Below, piece after piece: positions 15,922 through 23,072 of a stretch of DNA of 32,000 bases (positions within the stretch are counted from its first letter, which is position 1; each line of letters begins with the position of its first letter). Position numbers and translations under genes: made by a program. Origin of the DNA: Nitrososphaera viennensis EN76 (GTDB lineage Archaea > Thermoproteota > Nitrososphaeria > Nitrososphaerales > Nitrososphaeraceae); NCBI RefSeq assembly GCF_000698785.1, contig NZ_CP007536.1, positions 630,001 to 662,000 on the forward strand, in the 5' to 3' direction. The notes beneath the pieces are model-generated. The model made no database searches. It saw only the letters and a program-made list of their open reading frames with translations, and was not told the origin of the DNA.

Positions 15922-15925
15922 GATC

Positions 15926-16390
15926 ATGAAGGATGCAGGCGACTTTGGGAGCAGGGTCCTGAAAATGATAGCCGCGCTCGAGCGGCGCAAGGGCGTAGCC
16001 CTGAGCACCGAGCAAAAGATCCTGCTTGCCGAGACAGGCACGGTGGAGCAGGTGCTCAGCATCCTCGCAGGATCGGCAGTAGAAGTAAAGGTGGTCAGGC
16101 AGGCCCTTGTCGATGGCATAATCCGGCGCGAGGTCGTCATTTCCGCAAACGGCAGGCCGCTTGTGCGCGCCCGGTCCAAAATCTACTGCAAGTTCCTGCC
16201 GGCGCAAATCGTGCGCAAGTTGATGCAGGGAAAGGGAGGAATCGGCACCGTCATCCACAACGCAGGATTAGAGACCTGCCGCAGGCTGGTCCGGTTTGGC
16301 CTTGGCCGGGACAGGCACCCCTACCGCGTTTACAGGATAATGCACCGCGGAAAAGCAGCGTTTGAGATAAGGGAAGACATTTTGATTTAG
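15926..16390 (+). CDS. Chorismate pyruvate-lyase (UbiC)/DUF98-family-like protein
   Basis: ATG 15926 lies 4 nt after the preceding TGA. Pattern KILLAETGTVEQVLSILAGSAVEVKVVRQ ... IIRREVVISANGRPLVRARSKIYCKFLP ... GGIGTVI ... YRVYRIMHRGKAAFEIREDI. This matches the UbiC/DUF98 layout: L..tdGt.T..LE ... R.v.L ... pl..A.S.i ... piG ... Y.i...g.p...I.E.f. Confidence 0.6.
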   Translation: MKDAGDFGSRVLKMIAALERRKGVALSTEQKILLAETGTVEQVLSILAGSAVEVKVVRQALVDGIIRREVVISANGRPLVRARSKIYCKFLPAQIVRKLMQGKGGIGTVIHNAGLETCRRLVRFGLGRDRHPYRVYRIMHRGKAAFEIREDILI

Positions 16391-16478
16391 GAAATCCAAT
16401 TTCGTTCTCAATATCGCAGTCTTGGCAGCCGATTTGCCAAAATAGACCTGCCTGCGAAAAACAACAAAAACACGGGAG

Positions 16479-16679
16479 CTAGTCCAGAAACTTTTCCATT
16501 CTCTTTATTATCAGTCCTGCACCAGTGCCCGTTATGTCAAACAGGGCCGCTTCAATATCTTCAAGAGTAGAACACGGCGGTTTAAAGCGTATGTGGTATG
16601 TCTCTTCAAGGTGGTACATTAGCACGTTAACTGTAGAATGTTCAAAAATATCACAGGCTCTTAGAAATGCATCTTCCAT
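16479..16679 (-). CDS. Small hypothetical protein (66 aa)
   Basis: MEDAFLRACDIFEHSTVNVLMYHLEETYHIRFKPPCSTLEDIEAALFDITGTGAGLIIKRMEKFLD. The upstream 50 codons of the track ORF (to 16829) are A/T-rich, Ile/Phe/Tyr-heavy and begin at a non-ATG codon. They are treated as non-coding. The gene sits in a lower-GC stretch. Confidence 0.4.
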   Translation of the reverse strand: MEDAFLRACDIFEHSTVNVLMYHLEETYHIRFKPPCSTLEDIEAALFDITGTGAGLIIKRMEKFLD

Positions 16680-17036
16680 TCTGTCGCAGTACTTTTCGTC
16701 GTTCTTCTGCACATTCGAAAAAAATATTATGATATAAAAAAGTTCTGTATGTTCAAAATGCACGATAGGCTGTTGTTCATAATAAACAACAGCGTGTTGT
16801 CGCAAACAGATTTTCGCCCGCTGCGGCAAGCCTGCATGTATTGCAGGACATTCTATCTTCGTCTATTGCCTTCTGTCGTATGATTCGTTGTAGTTGAGCA
16901 TGCAGCAAATTGTTATAAAAAAATCGGCAAGACAGAGCTAGCCTATTTTAGCAGCCTATCCATTCGGCCATTCTGTAGTTTGAATGAGGAGCAACGCCCA
17001 CTTTGGGCGGACGGGCGCATGAAAAAATATGATGAC

Positions 17037-17066
17037 TCGGGCCTGCGGGATTTGAGCCCACGACTA
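17037..17066 (-). other. Orphan tRNA 3' fragment (variable loop, T-arm, 3' acceptor strand, discriminator); no 5' half found
   Basis: The minus strand reads TAGTC-GTGGG-CTCAAAT-CCCGC-AGGCCCG-A. That gives a 5-bp T-stem (one G-U), a 7-nt TPsiC-like loop and a 7-nt acceptor 3' strand. The complementary 5' acceptor (CGGGCCT or wobble variants) is absent from the next about 250 nt. Orientation is the same as tRNA-Ala 770 nt away. Confidence 0.35.
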
Positions 17067-17173
17067 GGTAAGGCAAATGCAATTCATTCCTCTTTCTCTG
17101 TCGTCTATCTTATTCACTTTGGACTATGGATTAGCACATATGGCAGGCAGATGGATAGAGACAATAAAAAATT

Positions 17174-17662
17174 TCAGGATGATGCCACCATTACAGATGT
17201 CGCTGCAGTGCCACTGTGGCTTGTATCAAATGGCATTTCTAACCCGGTTCCAAGCACTGTTATCGTGAGCTGGAAATCGCCGGTATTGTCAAACGTTATC
17301 ATCTGGACAGCTTCCCCCGCATGCACATGCTGATCCGTTAGCGATTCAATCGTGTTTCCGCCCGCATCCTTTACTTCAAGGCTATAGTTTACATGCTCTA
17401 ACAAAGCGCCCGAAGAAGGATCCTTAAAGTTGATGCTAAATTCGGCAGCCTGCCCCTGCTGTATTTCTTTTGGGGACCAGTCTACGACGACATCTACCGA
17501 TCCGTTGTCGGTCTTTAGGTTTACCGGCGGGACTGAAGGGGTCGTCATTGTTGTGGTAGCTAGCGCGGCAGAGAATCCAGAACCTATTGCGACAAGTCCT
17601 GCTGCTACAAGGATGGCTGAAGATAGAAGAAGAACGGCAGTTCTTTTTTTCGTACCTTCCAT
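17174..17662 (-). CDS. Secreted Ig-like (YtkA/FixH-like) protein of unknown function
   Basis: ATG 17662 (MEGTKKRTAVLLLSSAILVAAGLVAIGSGFSAALA) reads as a signal peptide. The body is PKEIQQGQAAEFSINFKDPSSGALLEHVNYSLEVKDAGGNTIESLTDQHVHAGEAVQMITFDNTGDFQLTITV. The track start 17713 adds 17 non-signal residues. Confidence 0.65.
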   Translation of the reverse strand: MEGTKKRTAVLLLSSAILVAAGLVAIGSGFSAALATTTMTTPSVPPVNLKTDNGSVDVVVDWSPKEIQQGQAAEFSINFKDPSSGALLEHVNYSLEVKDAGGNTIESLTDQHVHAGEAVQMITFDNTGDFQLTITVLGTGLEMPFDTSHSGTAATSVMVASS

Positions 17663-17834
17663 GGAAAAGTATCTCCGATCATTCTTAAATGACTGTCGAT
17701 GGCCGCAGTCCAAGATATATGCAAGGCATAGAACGATGTTACATGCTGATCCACAGCTGCTGTTCTTTCGCGAAGAAATTTGATGAAAGATGCGCGCAGG
17801 CCGATATTACATATGCTACTAGAGATTAGGAATA

Positions 17835-17911
17835 TGGTGGACCGGGTGGGATTTGAACCCACGACCTCAGCAATGCCAATGCCGTATCCTACCGGACTAG
17901 ACGACCGGCCC
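17835..17911 (-). tRNA. tRNA-Ala (anticodon GGC), CCA encoded
   Basis: Folded by hand: GGGCCGG-TC-GTCT-AGTCCGGTA-GGAT-A-CGGCA-TTGGCAT-TGCTG-AGGTC-GTGGG-TTCAAAT-CCCAC-CCGGTCC-A-CCA. The anticodon loop is TT-GGC-AT. The G3:U70 alanine identity pair, A14, G18G19 and the TTCAAAT T-loop are present. A TATA-like ATTAATAT lies about 32 nt upstream. Confidence 0.92.
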
Positions 17912-17981
17912 AACCTTGTCGTTATTGTTCAGTCCGTAAGTCGATATTAATACGTTTAAACACAAAAACAAACTATTATTA

Positions 17982-18431
17982 TTGGCAGCAGCCTTGAACA
18001 GACACGTACGCAAAGTGGCACTTGAGCAGTCGGTTGGCGCTGTGATAAAATTCATGCCCGAAGACACGGCAGCAGAGTTTTTGCTGCTCAGAAACAGGCG
18101 CGGGTTCTGGGGCTTTCCGCAGGGCCACAAGGAGAAAGGGGAAACCGACATCCAGACGCTTGTTCGCGAAGTAAAAGAGGAAACGGGAATCAGCGAGATC
18201 AAAGTCCACATGTACATCGGCAAGATAACCTACTCGTACTTCAAGGGCGACGGCATGCGCTCTGAAAAGCAGGTGAGTTTCTACTTTGCGACGACCTCTA
18301 CTAGGGAGATCAAGATCTCCGAAGAGCACGCAGACTCGCGGTGGGCGACCCTCAAGGACGCATTCTCGCTCCTTGACCACGCAAAATTGCGGCAGATCCT
18401 TGACAGGGGACACCAGAAGGGCCTTTACTAA
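17982..18431 (+). CDS. NUDIX hydrolase
   Basis: The Nudix box is GHKEKGETDIQTLVREVKEETGI (Gx5Ex7REUxEExGU). Start is TTG 17982, with an in-frame GTG alternative at 18015. Confidence 0.85.
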   Translation: MAAALNRHVRKVALEQSVGAVIKFMPEDTAAEFLLLRNRRGFWGFPQGHKEKGETDIQTLVREVKEETGISEIKVHMYIGKITYSYFKGDGMRSEKQVSFYFATTSTREIKISEEHADSRWATLKDAFSLLDHAKLRQILDRGHQKGLY

Positions 18432-18497
18432 CTGTCAGAGTGTAAAAAAGGGTAATAGGTTTATTTATAGCCAAGCACGCACGAGTAAACGCATAAG

Positions 18498-20081
18498 ATG
18501 GTAGTATCAGGTGGCAAAAGGATAGTATTGACTGCGGACCGCAGCCTTATGACCAATTACAGGGGCAACTTCCTCTACGGCTTTATCGCCTGCGGCCCCT
18601 ACGAGCTTGTGCCCGAGTTTGTCTTTGACAAGATATTCTGCCCGTCGGTCGAGACAGACAATGCCACAGGCGGGGTCAAGGTCGCGCAGTGCGGCCTTCG
18701 CAGGATTGAAGGCGCCCTCCTGAAAGAGTACAAGCGCGACGACATTTTCCTTGCCCACCCAGAGATGCTTGAAAAGTGCATAGGCCCCGAGACCAAGGTG
18801 GTCGGCATCAACGTCATGGACCCGCTCGGCATGGCGCCGGTGACCACCACAATGTCGCCGGAGAAACTGTCGTACGTCGCCATGAAGTTCAAGAAGATGT
18901 GCGCTTCCATCATCCAGCTAAAAAAGAAATACAATTTCAAAGTCGTTGTCGGCGGAAACGGCTCGTGGGAGCTGGCCAAGCCAGACAGGATGAAGATCCA
19001 CGGCATCGACACTGTAGTCATCGGCGAGGCCGACGAACTTGCGCTGGATCTGTTCCACGACCTCGAGGCAGGCGACGCGCCAGAGTTGCTCCACACCTTT
19101 GTCCGCAACATTGAAAACGTGCCGATGATGCAGGGCCCGACCGTCAACTCGCTCATCGAGGCGATGCGCGGCTGCGGCAGGGGATGCGACTTTTGCGACG
19201 TGAACAAGAGGACCAAGAAGGACTTTCCGCTGGAGCGCCTCCAGCAGGAAGCAAAACTCAACCTCGACTATGGCTTTGACTCGATATGGCTCCAGTCAGA
19301 CGAGATGCTCCTTTACGGCTGCGACAACAAGGACTTTGTGCCAAACGCAGACGCGATTACCCACCTGTGGAGCGGCCTGAAATCGACTGGCGCCCGCTTT
19401 GTTGGCACCACACACATGACGCTTTCTGCGGTCGCCTCGTCGCCGGACCTGATAAAGAAGCTATCACAGATAAACGAGATGGACGTGGCAGGCGGAAGGT
19501 GGCTTGCAACCAACCTCGGCATCGAGACGGTCGCGCCAAGGATGGTCAAGAAGCACCTTGGAGTAAAGACCAAGCCGTTCCAGCCAGAGGAATGGGGCGC
19601 AGTGGTGAGGGAAGGATGCAAGATCCTCAACGACAACCACTGGTTCCCGGCGCTCACGCTCATCATCGGCTGGCCCGACGAAACGCCGGACGAGACGCAG
19701 TACACCATCGACCTCATCGAGGACTTCAAGCAGACGAATATGCGCGGCATTGTCGCCCCACTTCTCTACCAGGACTTCTCTGAAAAGAACTCGATGCACT
19801 TTGGCAACCTCAACGAGGCGCAGTTCACGCTGTTCTGGATGTGCTGGCAGCACAACCTGCGCGTGATCAACGACATCATCCCGATAATCATCAGGAACAA
19901 GTCGTACGGCCCGATGATGAAGGTGTTCATGGCGCTCCTCATAAAGGCAGGGACGTGGGCAATAATGAAGTACCTGCGCGGGCTGTCAAAGGATCTGTTT
20001 GCAGGCCAGCTGCCGGAGGACATTGTCGCCCGCTACACGAACAAGAGGTCCGTCACGGCGCCGCTGCCAAAGAAACTCTAG
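18498..20081 (+). CDS. Radical SAM enzyme with N-terminal B12-binding-like domain (substrate unknown)
   Basis: The CxxxCxxC motif lies in MRGCGRGCDFCDV. The upstream Rossmann-like module KVVVGGNGSWELAKPDRMKIHGIDTVVIGEADELALDLF fits the B12-binding-domain pattern vv.GG...(p)...D.vv.GEgE. The protein is 527 aa with 11 Cys in total. Confidence 0.9.
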   Translation: MVVSGGKRIVLTADRSLMTNYRGNFLYGFIACGPYELVPEFVFDKIFCPSVETDNATGGVKVAQCGLRRIEGALLKEYKRDDIFLAHPEMLEKCIGPETKVVGINVMDPLGMAPVTTTMSPEKLSYVAMKFKKMCASIIQLKKKYNFKVVVGGNGSWELAKPDRMKIHGIDTVVIGEADELALDLFHDLEAGDAPELLHTFVRNIENVPMMQGPTVNSLIEAMRGCGRGCDFCDVNKRTKKDFPLERLQQEAKLNLDYGFDSIWLQSDEMLLYGCDNKDFVPNADAITHLWSGLKSTGARFVGTTHMTLSAVASSPDLIKKLSQINEMDVAGGRWLATNLGIETVAPRMVKKHLGVKTKPFQPEEWGAVVREGCKILNDNHWFPALTLIIGWPDETPDETQYTIDLIEDFKQTNMRGIVAPLLYQDFSEKNSMHFGNLNEAQFTLFWMCWQHNLRVINDIIPIIIRNKSYGPMMKVFMALLIKAGTWAIMKYLRGLSKDLFAGQLPEDIVARYTNKRSVTAPLPKKL

Positions 20082-20087
20082 TCCTGT

Positions 20088-20414
20088 TTATTTCAGGCCA
20101 TTTATTGCCTCGTCGGCAAGCGTGGCGGTCTTTGGAGTGAGCACGATAAAGTAGTTCCTGTCGGCGCGCTCTACTGCCGGCACCATGCGGAACTTTTTGG
20201 TGGACACGTCAAACTCGACAAGTCCCGTGTCCAGGTTGCCCTTTGTGTAGACCATCATCAAAAGTTCGCCTGTAAGCGGGCTGAGCGGGATTAGCGAGAA
20301 CACGTAGCCCTTGTAAGAGCTGATGGGCATGACCTGCTTGCCGTAGGGGGCTACAGATACGAGATAGAGAAAAACGTCCTCTATGGTGTTGAATTCTTCA
20401 TACTCAAATTTCAT
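20088..20414 (-). CDS. Hypothetical protein (108 aa)
   Basis: An ATG ORF on the same strand, 63 nt downstream of the FNR gene. No recognisable motif. Confidence 0.5.
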   Translation of the reverse strand: MKFEYEEFNTIEDVFLYLVSVAPYGKQVMPISSYKGYVFSLIPLSPLTGELLMMVYTKGNLDTGLVEFDVSTKKFRMVPAVERADRNYFIVLTPKTATLADEAINGLK

Positions 20415-20477
20415 GCTTGGTGTGCGCTATGACAGAAATAAAAGGTTTTAACAAAAAAGAAGAGAGAAAGAAATAGG

Positions 20478-21320
20478 CTAGCCGTACGACTCGAACTTGA
20501 TGTCGTACGATCCGTCCTTGCGCTTGTTGCGCTCGGTGACGAACCCCTTTGGTATGAGGTAGTCCAGCGCACCATCCACGGTTCCCTGCCATCCGCAGAT
20601 GTAGAACGACGTGTTCTCCGGCGTCACCTTTTCGCCAACGAGCTCTTCAAGTGGCGACAGGTCCTTGCCGGCCTTGGGCCTCAGGAAGGACTCTACCCTG
20701 CCCTTCTGGCCGTCCCAGGTCCTGTTGAACCATTCCTGCGGCCTGCTGACAGAGGCGCGGTAGCGGAAGTTCCACTTGTCCTTGCCCTTGTCAAGGCTCT
20801 CCTCTTCCAGCGAGGTGAGCAGCTCGCGGTATCCCAGCTCGTCGACGTAACTTGCGCCATGCAGCACCACGATTTCGCGCTTGCTCTGCGTGGCGTGCAG
20901 GTGCATGGAGTACGAGACAAACGGCGCAAGGCCCGTTCCGCCGCCGATGAGGACCATCCTGCGGTTGTCGGGGCTCCCGTCGTGCATCTTTTCGTTTATG
21001 GTGAAAATGCCAGTCGGCCTGACCCAAGAGATCTCGTCGCCTTCCTTCATGTTGAACAGCTGCGTCGTCAGCCTGCCGGGGACCGGCTTTCTGACCCAGC
21101 GGATGTAAAGTTCCCAGTGCTTTTTCTGCTCGGGAGGCGACGCGATGGAGTAGGCGCGCCTGATTATCTTGCCCTCGCTTGGCACGTGGGTGCCAATGGT
21201 GAGGAACTGCCCGGCCTTAAAGTCAGGAATCTGACCGTTTTCTGGGGTTATCCTGAACACCGCAAGATCCTCCTTGATTATCTGGAGGTACGTGATCTTG
21301 CCCTTGTTGTCAACGACCAT
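20478..21320 (-). CDS. Ferredoxin-NADP+ reductase family flavoenzyme (plant-type FNR fold)
   Basis: The FAD-binding motif is RRAYSIASPP, the NAD(P)-binding motif is LIGGGTGLAPF, and the C-terminus has YICGWQGTVDG. ATG 21320 (MVVDNKGKITY...) is preferred because of the TATA-like element 27 nt upstream. The track start is TTG 21392. Confidence 0.85.
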   Translation of the reverse strand: MVVDNKGKITYLQIIKEDLAVFRITPENGQIPDFKAGQFLTIGTHVPSEGKIIRRAYSIASPPEQKKHWELYIRWVRKPVPGRLTTQLFNMKEGDEISWVRPTGIFTINEKMHDGSPDNRRMVLIGGGTGLAPFVSYSMHLHATQSKREIVVLHGASYVDELGYRELLTSLEEESLDKGKDKWNFRYRASVSRPQEWFNRTWDGQKGRVESFLRPKAGKDLSPLEELVGEKVTPENTSFYICGWQGTVDGALDYLIPKGFVTERNKRKDGSYDIKFESYG

Positions 21321-21342
21321 ATAGTTCACAGCTCCTTGGCTG

Positions 21343-21351
21343 TATAATAAA
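21343..21351 (-). promoter_or_regulatory. TATA-like box TTTATTATA (minus strand) for the FNR gene
   Basis: It is centred about 27 nt upstream of ATG 21320, which implies a leaderless or near-leaderless mRNA. Confidence 0.35.
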
Positions 21352-21424
21352 TACATTGTTACGCTTTCAACTGTATGAATCGTAATCCGCAATTAATTAA
21401 TCTGGAATCGTACATTGCTACTTT

Positions 21425-21712
21425 ATGGCAGGAAGATGGATGAAGGGCAGAAACTCTGACGAGATAGACGAGCTGAACCAGGCGATAAACGAACAGAGCG
21501 ACGAGCAGCGCAAGATTGCCACGAGGTTTGGCAAGGCCATGAACGACTTTGCAACCGAGCGGTCGCTAGAAACCTGCCTTGAGGCCCTCAACCTGTCGAT
21601 ACAGCTGGCAAACATCCGCGCCAAAGTGTCCAACTCGTGGGAGCACTACGCCCGGCTACTGGAGGGCGAAGTGGTGCGACTGTCAAAGCAGGTCGAAAAG
21701 AAGCAACAATAG
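21425..21712 (+). CDS. Hypothetical small helical protein (95 aa)
   Basis: An ATG ORF with charged, helical, coiled-coil-like composition (…DEIDELNQAINEQSDEQRKIA…LLEGEVVRLSKQVEKKQQ). No motif. Confidence 0.45.
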   Translation: MAGRWMKGRNSDEIDELNQAINEQSDEQRKIATRFGKAMNDFATERSLETCLEALNLSIQLANIRAKVSNSWEHYARLLEGEVVRLSKQVEKKQQ

Positions 21713-21718
21713 CAGCAG

Positions 21719-22216
21719 TCAGTCCTGTACCGGGACCGGCGCAGTCAGCTTCTTGAAATCGTCAAACAGCGCGTACGACAGCCTGCCGTTTACAAAGAGA
21801 AGGTACATGCCTTCGTCCATCAGGTTCTCTATTGCAACTCCAATCTCTTCTATTTTTGTAATCGGGTCGTAGGAAAGCGAGTCGGTCGCAAGCATCAGGG
21901 TGGCCTTGTCGTGGTTGTCGATGACGTCATAGAGCGCGGATTCAAGCGTTCCAAAGAACCCCATGTCATACTTGTCAAGTCTTGGGCGGAACATCGTGGC
22001 AATGGTTTCAAGCTCGTTTGAGCCTATTATTGGCGACGTAAAGTTCTGGTGGCCGGCAAACGTGACGTCGCGGTCAAGGTCATCGTAGCCGTTGTGCCCA
22101 AAGAATTCCTCGCATTCCTTTAGCATCTGCGCCTCCGAGAGCCACTGGGATCTGCCCTCGTTCATGCGTGCAAAGAACGTCTTTGCCGCAACCATCCTTG
22201 GCTTGTTGTTATTCAA
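21719..22216 (-). CDS. Hypothetical protein (165 aa)
   Basis: Start is TTG 22216, with a TATA-like TTATTTATA about 25 nt upstream; ATG 22195 is an alternative. No recognisable motif. Confidence 0.55.
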   Translation of the reverse strand: MNNNKPRMVAAKTFFARMNEGRSQWLSEAQMLKECEEFFGHNGYDDLDRDVTFAGHQNFTSPIIGSNELETIATMFRPRLDKYDMGFFGTLESALYDVIDNHDKATLMLATDSLSYDPITKIEEIGVAIENLMDEGMYLLFVNGRLSYALFDDFKKLTAPVPVQD

Positions 22217-22317
22217 CCGGCAATACTGCGGGGGATTTTGTTATAAATAATTATTTAAAGCCAAGACGTATTCAAGCGGTAACAGATAGAAGCTCATCTT
22301 TGGTCTAGACCCATTCT

Positions 22318-22327
22318 AATTTTTATA
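22318..22327 (+). promoter_or_regulatory. TATA-like box AATTTTTATA for the DUF1326-like gene
   Basis: It is centred about 29 nt upstream of ATG 22352. Confidence 0.35.
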
Positions 22328-22351
22328 GCGCGACAGTATATCTAACCTATC

Positions 22352-22960
22352 ATGCCAGATGGATGGAAACTCGAGGGTGACTACTTTGAATCATGTAATT
22401 GCGAAACCGTCTGTCCGTGCATTTTCATGGGTAACCCAGACCAAGGAGAATGCAATCTTACCTGTGCCTGGCATATCAAGACCGGACACTATGAGAGTAC
22501 CAGGCTTGACGGCTTGAACGTTGTGGCAGTATTTCATACGCCGGGAAACATGCTTACAGGTCCAAAATGGAAAGCTGCCCTTTATTTGGATGAGCACGCC
22601 ACGAAAGAACAGGCGGATGCACTTGGCAAGATTTATTCAGGACAAGCGGGAGGTTTCTTTGGAGTTATAGCAGGCTTGATAGGCGAAATTGTCGGTGTGC
22701 GCTCGGTGCCAATACTGTTCGAGGCTGATGGCAAAAAGCGTTCTCTTCAAATTCCCTCTGCTTTGGACTTGACCATCGAGGGAATAACAGGAGCAGACCA
22801 GAAAACGGAGGCTGTTATTACCAACCCGCAGTTGTATGGGGCACCCGGGTTTCCCATAACCGTTGCAAAATCCGTAAAACATAGATTTAGTGACCATGAC
22901 ATGAAGTGGGACAATTCTGGTAAGAATGGATTCTATTCAAAATTTGCATACGCGCCGTAG
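22352..22960 (+). CDS. DUF1326-family-like protein (Cys-cluster N-terminus), unknown function
   Basis: MPDGWKLEGDYFESCNCETVCPCIF matches the W.l.G.y.E.CnC...CpC opening I associate with DUF1326. The family name is from memory. The gene is visibly A/T-richer than its neighbours. Confidence 0.65.
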   Translation: MPDGWKLEGDYFESCNCETVCPCIFMGNPDQGECNLTCAWHIKTGHYESTRLDGLNVVAVFHTPGNMLTGPKWKAALYLDEHATKEQADALGKIYSGQAGGFFGVIAGLIGEIVGVRSVPILFEADGKKRSLQIPSALDLTIEGITGADQKTEAVITNPQLYGAPGFPITVAKSVKHRFSDHDMKWDNSGKNGFYSKFAYAP

Positions 22961-23072
22961 CGATGGATAGAATCTAGTAACAACCAAAGACTAGATCTTG
23001 TTGCTCATTATATTATCACCGGTCTAAACATTCATTAGCGATTTTGTCGTGTACACACGATGTACCAAAGCC

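Noticed and set aside
16680-16829. 50-codon upstream extension of the small 16479..16679 ORF
   Set aside because: It has a non-ATG start, and the extension is A/T-rich with an Ile/Phe/Tyr/Gln-heavy translation. It contains an 8-bp-arm hairpin (16770..16792) more consistent with a regulatory or non-coding region.
16980-17333. 117-aa plus-strand ORF (TTG start) covering the tRNA-like fragment
   Set aside because: Its 3' half is antisense to the signal-peptide-bearing secreted protein gene (17174..17662). Its 5' half is A/T-rich intergenic sequence. It has no motif and a non-ATG start.
17605-17913. 102-aa minus-strand ORF
   Set aside because: It reads straight through the tRNA-Ala gene (17835..17911) and its promoter region. 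The tRNA fold is complete and canonical.
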